This document shows positions 39,401 to 54,075 of a stretch of DNA of 64,000 bases, piece after piece (position 1 is the first letter of the stretch; each line of letters begins with the position of its first letter). The translations under genes and the position numbers were made by a program. The stretch lies in NCBI GenBank assembly GCA_032718475.1, contig JAUCBJ010009040.1, positions 977 to 64,976 of the forward strand. The letters are read 5' to 3'. The notes beneath the pieces were generated by a model. The model made no database searches. It saw only the letters and a list, made by a program, of their open reading frames with translations, and had not been told where the DNA came from. Origin of the DNA: Nemertoderma westbladi. Its lineage: Eukaryota; Animalia; Xenacoelomorpha.

Positions 39401-40127
39401 TCTAACTGAAAAGTGCTGGTTACTTGTTTTTTTCATTTTTTTCCTATGCATAGAGGACTAAACAGGATTTATGGTAATCTTATCATTTTTAAATATTTTC
39501 CAATGTATTTTGCGCTCCAGAAAATCTGTATTGAAAAACAATTAGCCGAAAAATGTAACTTTCAAATTTTGTAAAAATTGTGCACTACTTGTAATTTTCG
39601 TGCTGCAATATTACCTCCCCAGTACATTTTTTTGAAAATTTTTTTTTTCGGTCGGATCCAGACTAGTGATACCTACGTACAAACAAAAAATCAGACGTTT
39701 TCGTTAATACAGTCGGGGTCTCAAAGTGCATCTGTTGTTTTCTAAAAGTGTCTAAAAGTCATTACATTACTCCCAACGGCCGCTTTGAATTCTTGTAGAC
39801 ACTTTTAGTTGGGAATCTCAAAGTGATTTCCTACTTTTAGGCACTTTTAATTCTTTGAATTCTTTGAGAAATATCACTTTGAGGTAATTTACGACACTTT
39901 GAATTCTTTGAGAAAATCAACTCCGAGGTATTCCTGATTGACAGCTCGTGGTAACACAGGTAAAGGCACACTTGGGGAACAATATCCTGCGGGCAAGAAA
40001 GTGATACTTGGGTGTTACCTTGCCAGTTGTAGCCTAAGCTGTTCCCATTAATTACATTATATACATACATACATTATAGTATGTTGTTTAGTTATAATCA
40101 GAATGTTATTCTGTAATAGGTTTTACA

Positions 40128-40478
40128 GACCCAATTATAAAGACCTGCATAATCTTGTTACATGTGTTAACTTTCGTTAATTGTTTTGAATCCCCCGTCA
40201 CGCCTCTGTAACTTGCTCCTTTACTAACCTGCTCCTTTAAATAGCAATGGTACATAACGCTCATTGTGACCTGTACAAAACAAAGAGGTAAAGTCGCGTT
40301 ACGTCTCAAAGAGCGTTAGGTTCCAAAGAGCTTTAGGACCCATTGCCAGAGAGCGTGAGGTCACATTGCCATTTAAAGGAGCAGGTTAGTAAAGAAACAG
40401 GTTACAGAGGCGTGTTGGGGAACCAAAACAATAAACGAAAGTTAACACATGTCAGCACAGGTCTTTATTATTTGGGTC
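40128..40478. repeat. Foldback/MITE-like inverted repeat (~135-bp arms)
   Basis: acatgtgttaactttcgtt...ctttactaacctgctcctttaaat vs atttaaaggagcaggttagtaaag...aacgaaagttaacacatgt. Confidence 0.8.
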
Positions 40479-41685
40479 GTTGGTCTTTGTTTTGTAGTCA
40501 CTCCACACTGCGGTGTTGCGTGGGGGCCACCAATCCACCCTCCCACACTCAACTCCCAACTTCCTGGACACTAGGATACTGAGTGAAAGCGTCTGAAACT
40601 ACTACAGGAACACCATGACAGACTATGGGCTAGCGACTAGGGACTGGCGCCCTTGAACATGTAAACTGTAGTACCTACTGTACCACCTACCTTAAAGTGA
40701 CCTGTGGGACCAGCCCATTATTAGTGAGGTCGGCATTTCTCTTTATCCTGCCGCTCTCTTTGTATTACAATAGCATACAGCTAACCAATGGCAATGGTCT
40801 ACCCCCAGTGCGGGAAAGACAAGCTGGCTACCATTGAAATGAATAGGGGGGGGGGGGGGGGGGGGGGGATAATATGGTGTGTTCGTGTTCCCATCCTAAT
40901 GTCTGTCGTCTTGGCTCAGCTAAGCTTAAACAGAGCCACAGCCTACAATAGAGCTTTACCTAAATACACTTCCAGTGAGCCAAGCAGCAGTGGCGGGTTA
41001 GCTCCAAAATGCCCATGTAGGATTTCTTCGAAAAAGGACCAATTGGTTGAGTTACGAGTTACAGTGAAAAAGTATTCATGATTAGATTTTGCGTCCAGTT
41101 TAATAAAAATGAAAACAGGATTCACATTCCGAATTATCTACTAATTTCCCCCCCCCCCCCCCCCCCCCATGCACACTCACCATATAGGCCCAAGTATGAT
41201 TCACACATGACCTTACATAGCCATCACACCTCTCCTGAGCCACGGTAAATAATATTAAATCCAGCGAACTTCTAATTAACTCCAGCGAAATTAATTATCA
41301 ATATATTAATTATATTCAACGCAGATACACAGATAAAACACAATAATTATTTATTACATGGGAAAAAAAGTTAAAATGTTTTCACTATTAATTCTCGAGG
41401 CATTATATTTACCGTGTGCGAGCGAGGTTAATAAAGGGTCAAGAAAATATTGAAAATAAAAATGTTCTATGTTTACCTTGCAAAATGACTTGAATTAACT
41501 GGCTGTGATTGACAAGCCAACTTGCCTCAGAAGTTTCTTTCATGAATGCCGCAATTTATATTTGGCCATTTTGGTCGTTGTGGCCGCCAAAATGACCAAG
41601 TTAATGTTTATTGGGATTGGGACTGTAAGTATTGGAAATTAACACTTCTTATTATAACTGTAATGTAGTAGAATTTTAGTAGTAC

Positions 41686-41941
41686 TGTACCACTGTCTGT
41701 ACCACTGTCTGCGCCACTGTCTGCACCACTGTCTGCACTACTTTCTTCACCAGTGTCTGTACCAGTGTCTTCAACACTGTCTGTACCACTGTCTGCGCCA
41801 CTGTCTGCATCACTGTCTGCACCAGCGTCTGCACCACTGTCTGCACCACTGCCTGAACCACTGTCTTCACCAGTGTCTGTACCACTGTCTGTACCACTGT
41901 CTGCACCACTGTCTGCACCAGTGTCTGCACCACTGTCTGCC
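41686..41941. repeat. 12-bp minisatellite (accactgtctgy)
   Basis: ~21 tandem copies. Confidence 0.95.
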
Positions 41942-42241
41942 CCACGGCCACGAACGTGTCGTTCTGTCGTTCTGTCGCGTTTTTTTTTCAGAATTTTATT
42001 TTAAACGTTAATAACTCGGCCAATCCTTGATGAAATCTATCCAAACTTGGTACACATGTTATTTGGCAAAAGTTTGAAAATTTTCCAAGTAGAATTTGCG
42101 TGGGGCCTTCGTGCAGCAGCAGTGTAACTGTTATTGCAGTTATAATAAATTAATTTATCCAAAATTAAAATGCGTTAAATTATTATTAATGTAGGATAAA
42201 TCAGCTGGGTTTCTGACAAATTTTGCAATACTGTACATCTA

Positions 42242-44019
42242 CCCAGTAAAAAAACCGCATTCGTAACGCATGGGATGGCGCATATTTCACGCATTCGTAA
42301 CGCATTCTGAAATGTTACATAGATGAACCATGCGATACGAATGCGAAAACCGAACCAAATATGCATCCTTTATTCGCATATGTATTTATTTGTTCGTATG
42401 ATACCTTTATTCGTATGTTATACGAACCTTATTCGAATTCCGCACATTCTACGAATGCATCCCTAATCTTATACGAATGTTTCCCGCATACTATACGAAT
42501 GCGTCCCGCATGTTATATACGAATGTTTCCCACGCTATACGAATGCGTTACGAATGTTTTACGAGTGTTATACGAATGTTTACCGCAGGATTTTTATTTT
42601 TTTTATTATTTCGCTACAGTTTACATAGTTTTAACAGTTTACAACTGTTAAAACGTGTCCATTTTATTTTATTTTTTTAAATATACTTGAAATTCCGAAA
42701 CGAATATGAAAGCCATTTTCAATTTCCCCAAAAAAATGTTCAGATATAATTCAAGAGCACGCAATTTCAGACATAATTCGTTATAGTTCTGATGATTTTA
42801 TTATCTAGAATATTAATTTCAAGCTATTAATTAATTTAATTAATCTTATTAATTATTATTGATGGTTTATTATTTTTTAAGATATTTTATTATTATTTTA
42901 TTTTATTATTATATTATATTAGTTTATTATTATATATATATTTTATTACTTATTATCGAAAAAAAAGCGAATTAATATTCTAGAATATAGTAAAAAAAAC
43001 ATTGAAATTATGTTGATGCATCTCATAAAATTTATGCCTTTGATGTATTTTGTCTGTAAGATTTTTTTACCATTAATATGTGTAGGGCCTACTGTAGTAG
43101 TTACCGGTAATTAACTGCTACAGTTATCAGTAGACTTTTTAATGGCGTTTTATAGCGAATTAAACAAATTCGACCTGGAGGCCTAAGAAACTGTGTGAGA
43201 ATATCACCATCCACACGTACAATTTAATAAAAATGCCACATGCTTTATAATATGTATTGGTACTGTACTGTAGGCCAGGTGAGATAAATAATGACAACAA
43301 AAAACTACTGTAATAACTTTGGGAAATGAGTACTACTGTACAGGGGCTAAAACTACGGGTGGGGGGGGGGGGGGGGTGCCTAGTGCCTACATACTATAAG
43401 TATGCCTATACTGCAGTTCCTTAAGTTAATACAGTAGTTTTATGTTGTCATTAATGATCTCACCTAGCCTACAGTACATTACCTTTACATTATTACAGTA
43501 TATCAAGCATGTTGGTAAAGGGAACAGTTTTACATACCAAAATAATGGGGAACCAAAATAATAAACGGGAGTTAAGAATTACTGGGTAACCCATTAAATA
43601 AATATATAGTAAAAGTACATGGGACTGGCTGACTGGTAACAAAGGGGGAGAGCTACTAACTAATAACACTACAGTATGTTCGATTATTTGCCGAATAGTG
43701 ATTGACCAGTATTACAGTCTGTACGGTACTCTAATTGAGAGTGCTTTGCATGCGTATCGCATGCGTCTCGAATGGACCACAAATAATATTAAGCGTGGCG
43801 TGGCTAAGCATTCGTATCGCATGTGCCACGAATGATGAGCCACGAATATATTTACAAGTGAAAAATCACATGCGATACGAATACTATACACATTCGTTAA
43901 ATTATTCGGACTGACGAACCATTGACGAAGGCTTCACGAATCTTAAATAACATTGCACGCACCTTTTACGAATGCTGCATGTGGCACGAATGCGTTACGC
44001 ATGGGGATTTTTTACTGGG
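42242..44019. mobile_element. Non-autonomous CMC/EnSpm-like DNA transposon
   Basis: TIR cccagtaaaaaa...cgtaacgcat / atgcgttacg...ttttttactggg; 2-bp TSD TA; many subterminal cgaatg/cattcg repeats. Confidence 0.8.
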
Positions 44020-44483
44020 TATGTACCATGTGTACCGGTACTGTCAGGCTGTACTTAATCCCTGAATCAAGAATTCTGCAATCAGTCAATACTGCAATAC
44101 TGGTCAGTCGGTACCATACACTGCAGACATGCCATATCATGTAATCTAATTAAACATGGCCCCGGCAATCCTTGCGGTGATTATAGTTTAGGCCTAATTA
44201 GCCCAGTACCGGTAATAATAATATAATAGTTTAGATAGTTACCGCTAATCATTCAGTCATTGGCACGGAGCACCGTATTGCTGTACTGCCGTTGTAGTGC
44301 GCACTGTAGGTACCACCCTACTACCGGTACCGGCTGACCGGTGTCAACTAGCACTTCAGCACTTGCACTGTTGCACAGCAACAGCTCTACTGACGATACA
44401 CAGGTTGGAATTTATGTAGAGTTTGCTCAACAGTACAGATATAAAATAGTTATCTAAATTATCTATATTACTATTGACAAGTA

Positions 44484-44900
44484 TTGAAATATATACCGTT
44501 ATTCGTGTTATCAGTATTTGCAACATCTGACATTGAAGAGGTGAGAGAAGATGAATACTGGAATACCGGCACTCTACAAAACCAACGCTTATCACAGGTC
44601 AGTATGGTTACTTCGAAACCGGCGCGACTGTCCACTCGAATACAACTTCAAAACACAAACGCCAATAATAAACTGAAAGCGAATCGAACGTCTTCAGAAG
44701 AATCTGTCATTGGGACGAAGAAAAGGAAGCCGAAACCACGGGAATGGACCACAGCTAAGATTTAATGCTCCCATTGTCAGAGTTCCTGGACCGAAATTGA
44801 AACACCAATTGCCGATGGGCTTGATCTCTCAAACCAAAACTTCCTCTGTGGGGTTTGCGCGGCAGTAAAGATTGAAAGTCTGGAAGCTGGCATCCATAGG
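44484..44900 (+). pseudogene. Probable CR1/L2 LINE ORF1 N-terminal fragment (CxxC...CxxC finger)
   Basis: Reading through the TAA at 44763 gives CSHCQSSWTEIETPIADGLDLSNQNFLCGVCAAVKIESLE, resembling the ORF1 zinc finger/zipper start. Confidence 0.45.
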
Positions 44901-45001
44901 TATTATTATTATAAAGAGCGTCAGCATGCGTTTAATAAATATATTTTAATACAATACAGGTCGAACGCAAAGAGGCTTATAATGAAGACGAGTACTGCAT
45001 T

Positions 45002-46160
45002 TGTTTGCGCTTTTAAGACCTTTGACAGTTTAACCTGCCAAATTAGGATGTCTTTTAGATGATATATAGTCTTTAGCCTATGACGAGTATTTGATACACT
45101 ACATTAGCCGAAGCCAGTCTATGCGCAATCATTCACCCGCTGGATATACCCGGGAGACTGAATTCGGAAGCTTAATGATTGATGGTGTAAGCCTACCGTA
45201 TTATTCGACTGATCGTAATATATAATCTCTGACAAATATTATTCACTTTCGGGAAATATTAACAGTTCCTTTAGGACGTGGCGCTCTAATTATGTAAACA
45301 GAGTTATGACTTAAACTAGACACAACGAAAAGGCTATAGATTCACGTATATGGCGCATTCTTTAGGAGATGCTTTGTTATCAGTTACAATCATACACAAT
45401 GCTGCACAATGCTGCACACCAATCTGCCGACCTTCACTAATTTTAGTCACATACAAAGAGAATAACAGACAATACATGTAGGGCCTATAAAATAGCATTA
45501 GATTCACTTCAAACCACTTAACATAGGTCGCAATCGTTTATCTGTAACCGGTCTCTCTAACCTTTAGTATATCAAGAAGGTTGGGTGTCTGACTATTGAT
45601 CAGTATTCCAAATATAATCTTCCATCAACAAATATAATGAATAGCCGACAGCAAAAGCAGTAATGTTAAGTAAGATATGCATGATATGTTTAGGTAAGCA
45701 TCGATAATGTAACTCGATAACAGATATACGTTCTATAATTAAGCCTACTAATGTAAGACTAAAGACTGAAACACGGAGGTGCCAAAAGCCGGTGTTCTTA
45801 GGCTCTGGGCAAAAACATAACACTGAATTCCTGAGTTTCTGTATCCACCTCCAACACAGAGACAAAAAACGCTCTGATTGGTCGACCGAACAACGAGAGA
45901 ACAAAGAAACAAAGAAATGTCGACGTGGCAATATCAGCTGTTAGCCGTCGTCATGGTAGCGACACTGTTTTCAAGAGTATCGAGCTTATTGCGTCCCGAA
46001 ATTGCGGATTATGTCCTCTAAAGTACAAATACAGAAGAAATGGCTTTTATGTCCTCTAAAACACCAGTACAGTAAGGACACGGCCTTTTTATGCCCAGTA
46101 AACCAACTACAGAGTACTTTACGGGGAAAATAACCGGCTAATTACGCAAAAGCTTTTACA
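45002..46160 (-). repeat. 3' LTR of element 2
   Basis: Matches 56638-57793. Confidence 0.97.
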
Positions 46161-46186
46161 CCGCTCCCAGAAAATGGGATTTAAGT

Positions 46187-47764
46187 CTATAAAATATAAC
46201 AAATCACAGTTTCTAAAATATAAAGATACTCTAAACAGTTAGTCTTTCTTACACAGACGGCGTTTACGCAGTTTTTTGAGGCTAGCAAGAGTCCTTTTCT
46301 CTTTGGGGCGAGCCACTTTACTAGGAGGGCTATAAATCCTGGGTGAAGGGTGCAATATGATTGCATCAGAAGGTGTAGGATTATGGTCGGGGTATCCGCC
46401 GTTTCGATATGCTTCTCCTCGAGCTGATTTTCCTCCGCTCGTAGCTGGATACGTTCATCCAAAAACTCTCGCAGAGAATGGGGTTGTCTAAGTTCGATAT
46501 CTTCTTAGAGATTCTGGATTTCACAATCGAACTGAGATAAAGACAATTCGTTTATCGCTTGGACTTGCTGTTACAACTTACGTTTATCTGAACAAACGCA
46601 GGTTTCCTTTCTGATCTTTGTAGAATAGCGTTTAACTCGTTTGGTACAACGTTCTCCGCCACTTTGGTGACAGGTTATATCGTGTTAAGCCGGGACGGGA
46701 CGATGGTAAGGGTTAAACGGCGATATTAAATGTCCGCGTCCCAATCCGGCTAGGTAGAATGGGCTAGTATCTAGGAAGCCCACAACTGGGGTGCCACCGA
46801 CTAATTGTTCAGGTAACACTAGATCTTTGAGCAGTGAGTACAGCTCGGGAGGATCCGTCATACTAATAGGATCAAGAGTCTGAAGTCTCACTAGGGAATG
46901 AGGAGTTCTGATCGAGTATTCCGAAACTCTGATCATTGGTTTATTTAAGGATCGTCTGAGTCGAATGAGCGTAGGTGATACATCGAACAAGTTTCGCTCG
47001 AAACTCCCGTAAGTATAGCGAGTAAAACCGTGTTTAAAGCAACGTCTCCGCGGATGTTTATGTCTTTCCGTTTGTTGGTTGGGTCTTGGGCATTCATCGC
47101 AATAATACCAAAAACGCACGTCTTGTAGGGGAAACGCGAGTGATCTTTCTCCAGCTTACAATATTCCTCCATCCGTTCGAAGCTATCCGGTACAACAGGT
47201 AGCGATCGATCGGCGGTAAGATACATCATAGTGGAATAGAGCCGTTTGAGTTCTACCATGCGGTCATGATGTATACCTTGAGGATATCGAGTTTCTAGAT
47301 TCTGTTGACTGGTAATATCGAGATAGGTTTCTCTCAAGAATTCCAGGTATTTGGTGGAGTCGCTGCATTTATCCGGCTCTTCGACATCTGCACTTTCGAG
47401 TCGGTTTCGAATAGAATTTTCGTGTTCGAGTCTCAGTTTATCGTTCCGCTTCCGCTGGGTATGATATTTAAATAAACCATTTCCCTTTGGTGTCTATATC
47501 GTTCGTATCGTGTAGGTCGATAGGATGACCAGTAGTTAAGAAGTCCATATACGTACCATTACGATGCGTATAGCGAGCGGTGAATTTTCTACAGTCTAAC
47601 CCACGCGCAAGTTGCTCCCGGGACATTGGCGGTTAGATATAACGACCATCGTCCTCCGTAGTAGTTGGACCAGCGTCGCCGCGTATCAAGCTATCAACAA
47701 ACGCTTGTAAAGGTAGAGTATATCGTTCCCTGATACCAAGATCATCTTCTATCAACTCAATCAT
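46187..47764 (-). pseudogene. Extra 3' coding region of element 2, unknown protein(s)
   Basis: Starts MIELIEDDLGIRERYTLPLQAFVDSL; homologous to 34720-36123 and retains ~175 bp missing in element 1. Confidence 0.65.
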
Positions 47765-49422
47765 ATCTGCTATATAAGTTTATCCATATTATAATCGCGT
47801 TTACTATTTAGGCGAGCGGGCGTCGCTGCCTACCCCTCTCTGCCCCCGGACAGTGCGAGATCCTCAGCGCTGGTGTACTTTCGCCGATGTGCCTATCGCC
47901 AACGTCGTAGCTGCACAACGACTACAACAACCAGCACGAGCCACTCCACCGTCCGTCCCAAAGGCTTAGATATACTTCAGGTTCTTACTGGAGAGTTAGG
48001 GTTACTTTCACAATTGCGACTCGCTACTGTAAACACACCTTAGTAGTAACATTCACCTACAAACGCACAAATTCCACGTAACTGTCACAAATTGTACACA
48101 TTCTATCACACATTCGGGTCATTTGTCTGTTAGTCAAGTGCCTTCCAGAATGTCACGTTGTTATTATGTATCCTTGGATACTAGCGGTGTGCTATTTATT
48201 CCGTATGCTATTCAATACGCAAGCCCTTTATTGTTCTTTTAACTCACTTCTAATTCTAGCGTGGTTGTTGCCATGGTGACATTATGGAAAGCTAGCGGTA
48301 GAATTAGGGTAATTCTCATGCATACAGATCTGGGATGCTATTTAATAGTAATTCTTTAATTGTCAATATCCTCTCTATATATGATTTTATGAATTTTATC
48401 GGCTATTGACTATACATTGGAGATTCTCATACACAAATACACTTAATATAGTGAATCTCCGCTCCCATGATCTATTAATTAATGGAATTTTGGGAATGTT
48501 ATAAATTGTATAAAATTGCAATTTATTAAATTCATTAAAGTATGAATTTAAATTTATTCCCTGAAATTTTATTATTTGATAGTTAAATTGACACAATTTG
48601 ATTCCAGAGCAGGTCTGGGGACATAGGATCCTTAATTCTATGAAAATTGTCTTTTAAGAGTATCGGTAAGTGCTACGATATCTTAATCGACTAGAATTGT
48701 TAAAGGATCTGAATTTTACAGATTTTGATTTATAGATTTGTAAATATTAAATAATTAATATTTGAGATGGGCACCAATTTATTCCAGAACTTGTCTGGGG
48801 ACGTTAACCACTGATTCTAGAATTTTGTCTTTCAAGTATATCGTTGGGTGACGCGATATCTTAATCGACTAGAATTGCAGATGGTCAAAGGGTTTAACAG
48901 ATTTATTTTGCGTTATACGCTACTGTTAAAGGGACATCACGCTACTATATGTATTATTTAATATACGGTATGAGAGCAATATCGCACGAAGCAATGTCAG
49001 TGTGAAGAGGCAAGTCGTTTCCAAGGTCTACCCAGAGCTTGGTTTAGCCGAGACACGAGGAGCTGAACTTTGCATTCCTAATACTCTGCCTACCAATAAT
49101 ACTTGAATATAGTAGTGGCTTTATTGTACTTTAATAAGTACGGACATTTCATCTTACTGTAGTTACGTATTCGTAATGTAATACGGGCAGCAAGGAAAGA
49201 GAAAAAGAATTATTTCTCGCCGTCGCACTAAATATAATATATAAGTAATTAAGTAATAAACACTAATATATTGCACTAATCTACTAAATAATCACTAAAT
49301 AACATTCTACTAAATAAAATTAAAGAAAACGATTATAATAAAATTACATAATAATACATACATAATATAAAATAATAAAATAAATATAAAATAATGTAGT
49401 CACACACCCACTCCGTATGTTG

Positions 49423-52400
49423 TTACGTTATGGAGTCCCTAGATATTTGTTGGATTAGGGAGGTGGTCGTGGGAAGAGTATCTTGCCTTCCATAGTTTCC
49501 GGACAGTTTTCGGTCTCTTTCCGGTAAACATAAACGACCAGCTGGGCGATTGAGTGGTTGTGTTACTTTCTCCGCTCCCTTGGCCTGTCTAATCTTCGCC
49601 GGGTTAAGATGGGGAGGCCATTCATCTTCTTTACTTAGGAAGTCGGGTTCACCTAACCAGTCTGGAGTATCTGTAAGTTCTTGAGGAGTTGCTCCTCTGG
49701 AGGCGATGTCGGCTAGATTGATCGTCTCGGGGCAATGTCTCCATTGATCTACATTGGAGTTGATGTTGTCATTATCTGAGGAGTATGGTGTTCCCTCAGT
49801 TGGGTCGTCAACTTCACTGCTCTCCACTTCTCGTTCACTTAATTGATATACCTGTTCTTTTGGTAATCTTTCCATAAGAGTTCTACGAGAAGGGCCAGTA
49901 AAGTACCAACCTACTCTAGTTCTTCCTGCATAAACTTGTAGAGGTTGCGGTTGAGCAGGCCGTTTCTCCAATGTCTCGAGCGCTTCATGCGCATTTTGAC
50001 CGATGAGTATTTGGACTCCAGGGTAATCGGTGTTGAATCTAGGTATTTCAAATTGCTGGGTGAAATCGTTCTCATCCCAGTTGTAAGGTTCCACTTGGCT
50101 GGTCGCGAAGTTCTTTATCGCTAACATTTTTACTGACCTTATGCTGTGTTCTCCTAGTTCATCCTGGGGGGTGGACAACGCACCTACATAATAATCTGCG
50201 ATTACTGTAGATTTCCAAACCTGCATAATTCCTGACATGTTTAGCTTGGTTCGGAACTTGGGTTGTCCAGCAAAGATGTCTTCGGCTAGTTCTTTGTCGA
50301 TGAATGTTCCTGTACTACTGGAGTCAAGGAGGGCGTTCACTACATAACTCCTTTTAGGTCCGTGGACCCTTACCTGTACTACAGGAAATTCTCGGATTCC
50401 TACATTGGAAGGTGGTGCTTTCCAAGATGGTTGTCTGTCAGAAGTAGTTAGTGGGGGCTCGCTGTCGGTGTCTTTTTCATACGTAAGTGCTCGATACACT
50501 GCGGTATTTGTTAGGTAACAGGATTCGTTTTCGTCGGAGAATTCGTCCGTATAGAATCCTTCCATCTCAGAATATTGGTCAGTGTCGTTCACATCACTGA
50601 ATTGGACATGTAGTTTGGACTCACTTACCTGACTCGGGCTGTTTCGTTCGAATTCCGTGTGCAACAAGATATGATGTTTTGCGCCGCACTTTGCACACCT
50701 TACGTCGGAGTAACAGGTTCGCCGTTGGTGTCCTCGTCTGAGGCAATTATAACACAACCGCTTATCCCACATGACTTCACGTCTGTCCTTTAGTGATTTC
50801 CTCAGGAATTCATCACACGCACTTAAACGGTGGGGCCCATCGCACAGCACACATTTGGGCTTGATGTTACTTACTTTAACATGTGCTGTGTGGTGCACGT
50901 TCGTTCTTTCCTCGGGTTTTCTCACCTGAATTCTCTTGGGAGACGTAGGAGGAGTTTTTCTTACCTGTTCTCTCCTGTCATTGGTTCGAGACTTGAATTT
51001 ACTTACCTGGTCTTTAGGCGTTTTATTGACATAATAAGATCTTTCAGTGTCTTTCCCGCTATCCTCTCCTTGAGAAGTCTGGCTTTCGCCGTCGTCTGTA
51101 TAACACACTGGTGTTACCCTTCTCCTAGAAACGGGTTTCTCACTTACCTTGTTTTCCAGTGTCTTCTCTCTGGACTGCCTTAGGAGCTGTAATTTCACTT
51201 CTCCATCTAAGAATGACATGAGATCAGCCATGTTAGGGTCTCGTCGTTGTTGTTCCATCATATATAACACTTTCTTGTCCCAGCGTGTACCTACTCCACC
51301 CTTGGGCAAAGTAGATGCTAAGGCTCCTACAACCATAGAATTCTGGTATTCATGAGACTTACCTAACCAATCTAGCTGTCTACAGATCTCCTGAATTTCG
51401 TCGGAAAACTCTATAATCCCGCTGCTAAGAAACTTTCGGGGCGCCATTAATTTTGCATACAAATACCTAGCTATGTTAGTCCTATTACCATACCTGATGT
51501 TTATTGTATCCCAAACTTGTCTTAATCCATCTGGATGTCCAATAAACTTTAACGCCATTAACTTGGGAGATCCCTCCAAGCACTCGATGAGGAATCTAAG
51601 CTTTTCTCCGTTAGATAACACGGAGTTCTGTATGTTATCTTTGTAATATTCATTAAAAGGTAACCATTTCATCTCATCTCCATTGAACTTGACGATCTCT
51701 CCCATCTTTACCGCTTGACGGGCTTCGGTTCTAGCCATTTGACGCGTAAAACTTTCTTGGGCCATCGTATTATTTAATATCGAGTTATCGGTATATAAAT
51801 TTCTCGGATTATGATCCGGTCTATAGGGAATATCATTATCAACAGGTCTATAATTACTCTTAATAGGGTTCACTATAGGAGTTTCTACTTCGCTAGCAGT
51901 ATAGATGCGTGTAGGCTCCACACCTTGCGCATGAGATACTTCAGACCTAACAGGTTGACACATTGTTACGGGGGGTGTTGGTATACCCTTTTGTGTATTT
52001 ACTAATTTATCGCGTTCTAGCGCGATACTTTGCTGCACTTCTTGCAACTCTAATCTACTTTCCCTTACTGTGCCCTTGAATTGCTGAACGGTCTCCTGCA
52101 TCTGTCCGAGCAGGAGATCCATCCCCCGTCGTCTCTCATCCACCCATTCAACCGCCGAAGCGGGATTCGCCAACGTTGTAGCAGGCGGACGAGGGACAAC
52201 GGGCGACAAATCATGAATATTTCGCTCGGAGTCCAGGGCATGAACTGTCTCATGGGCTGTTCTGCTGGGCACAGGTAGCTTAGTGCTGTGCAAAGGGAAT
52301 TGAGAGGTAGGTTCAGGGAGTACAGGTGTCTCTACGACCGAAAGGGTGGCTTCGGGAACAGGCCTAATTATTTCAGGCTCATCTACTATAGTAGGGAGTC

Positions 52401-54075
52401 TTTCTATTGTAATTATTTGGTCTGTGGGTTCTGTACTACCTAAGTTGGTGTTATTTAGTTGCCTTCTAACAGCTGGTGGCAAATCAGGCAATTTCTGACG
52501 GTGGAATGTTCTTTTACGTCTGCTTATGTGAGATCTATTTCCTTTGCCTTCAGTATCGGTGGTATCGCCTTCCTCAGATGATGTATATCCCTGTCTTTTG
52601 GGAGTAGATCGATTCATCATCTGCATATTACTAGCTGTTAACTGTTTATTTATGCAGTCTTGATTCTCCTGAATATTTTCCAATTCTAATTGGGCGATCT
52701 CTTCAGCCGCTATCCGTTCTGCTTCTGCCGCTGCCATTGCCGCTTTTCTTTCCATTTCAGCTGCTTTTCTTTTCGCTTCTGCCTCTGCCGCTGCCGCTTT
52801 TCTTTTCGCTTCCGCTTCTGTCTCTGCCGCTGCCGCTGCCGCTTTTCTTTCCATTTCGGCTGCTTTACTTTCCTCTTCGGCTGCTTTCCTTTCGGCTTCT
52901 GCAGCTGCTACTGCTGCTTTCTTTCTGTCTTCTATGCGTTTTTTCTTCACCCTTTCTTCTTGGTCTCTAGCGATGCGGAGTTGTTCATCGAATTTAGCTT
53001 GGTTCGCCGCTAACCTATCCACATCAATTGCGTCCAACACACGCTGGGCTCCTTCACTATTAGGGCTAAGTCCATCTAGCCTTCTCCTCAACTCTTCATC
53101 TCCCAAAAAACGCTGATAGTCTGACAGATAGATGTCAATGGCATCCCTCTTATGCGGTTTCTCTGCCGTCGCTTCACTTTCCACTTGGGAAAAAGTAGCG
53201 TCTGTTGATTCTCCATGGGTTGAGCGCTCCTCCAGCTGAGCTTTCCACTGAGCTGTTCCTTGAACCTGGAGACTCACCCGTTGAAACCAAGTCTTTACGG
53301 CAACTTGCAACGACGTGTCTTGTCTTCTTTTAGAAGCCTCCTCAAAGGCTGATAAGATTAGCCTGATTCGTAGAATTCTTTCTCTAACTTGATAAAGCAG
53401 TTGTCCCTGCTCTTGAGGTCCTTGGGGTTGTTGAAACAGTTGTTTTTCTACTCGCTCCATAGAGCTGAAGAATCCCTATGCGTATCCGGCTGCGGACCTC
53501 TTCCACACAGCTGGATCGGTGGTCTCCTTGGCTACTCCCATCCGGTGTATGTCTTCCCAGGCAGCTTCTGATAAATCAAACGGGAGTCCGGGTCCGGGGA
53601 AGTTCCATTGCGACTCGACCATAGACTTCAGTTCTTCCCTTGTGTATCCCTCATAACTATCTTTAGTTAATCGCTTACTTCTCGCCCAATCGATCTGGTG
53701 TTCTTCCACCGCGATCAATAACCTAGTGAGTACGGCTGCAGGAAGGATGAGAAGGGGATCCGAATAAACCGCATCCGTCATCCTTGCTCCGCGCTCGGGT
53801 GTCAGCTCTACAGTATCTTCACTACTGGAGCTGTCGGGCCGCTGAGAAATAAGTTCTTGGCTCGCGGGTTGTTGCTGTTCCGCTGCTTCTTGGTCCCGCT
53901 TGACCTGAGCTCGAGTGCCTATGATAGACCTACGGTGTTGGACTAGCCTAGGGTCTGAGATTACTACAGTAGGGATGGCCTTTCTTACAGCAGGAGGTGA
54001 CTTAGACTTGGATCTAGGATGTTCTATACTTGGATCTGGGTCACTGATCTTTTTAAGACACTTTCTGACAGTCAT
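49423..54075 (-). CDS. Gag-protease ORF of element 2 lacking RT, RNase H and integrase (one in-frame TAG at 53476-53478)
   Basis: The 199-aa and 1345-aa ORFs are in the same frame (CAG in element 1 vs TAG here). Zn knuckles intact; protease motif LLDSSS; deletion junctions at ~49755 and ~49563. Confidence 0.85.

Noticed and set aside
41676-42004. QTVV / SAPL repeat ORFs
   Set aside because: Translation of a 12-bp minisatellite.
45593-45931. ORF inside element 2 LTRs (also 57229-57564)
   Set aside because: Not conserved in element 1 LTRs, and the frame is locally altered between the two copies.
49555-49765. Element 2 deletions as spliced-out introns
   Set aside because: Junctions do not show clean GT...AG boundaries when compared with element 1.
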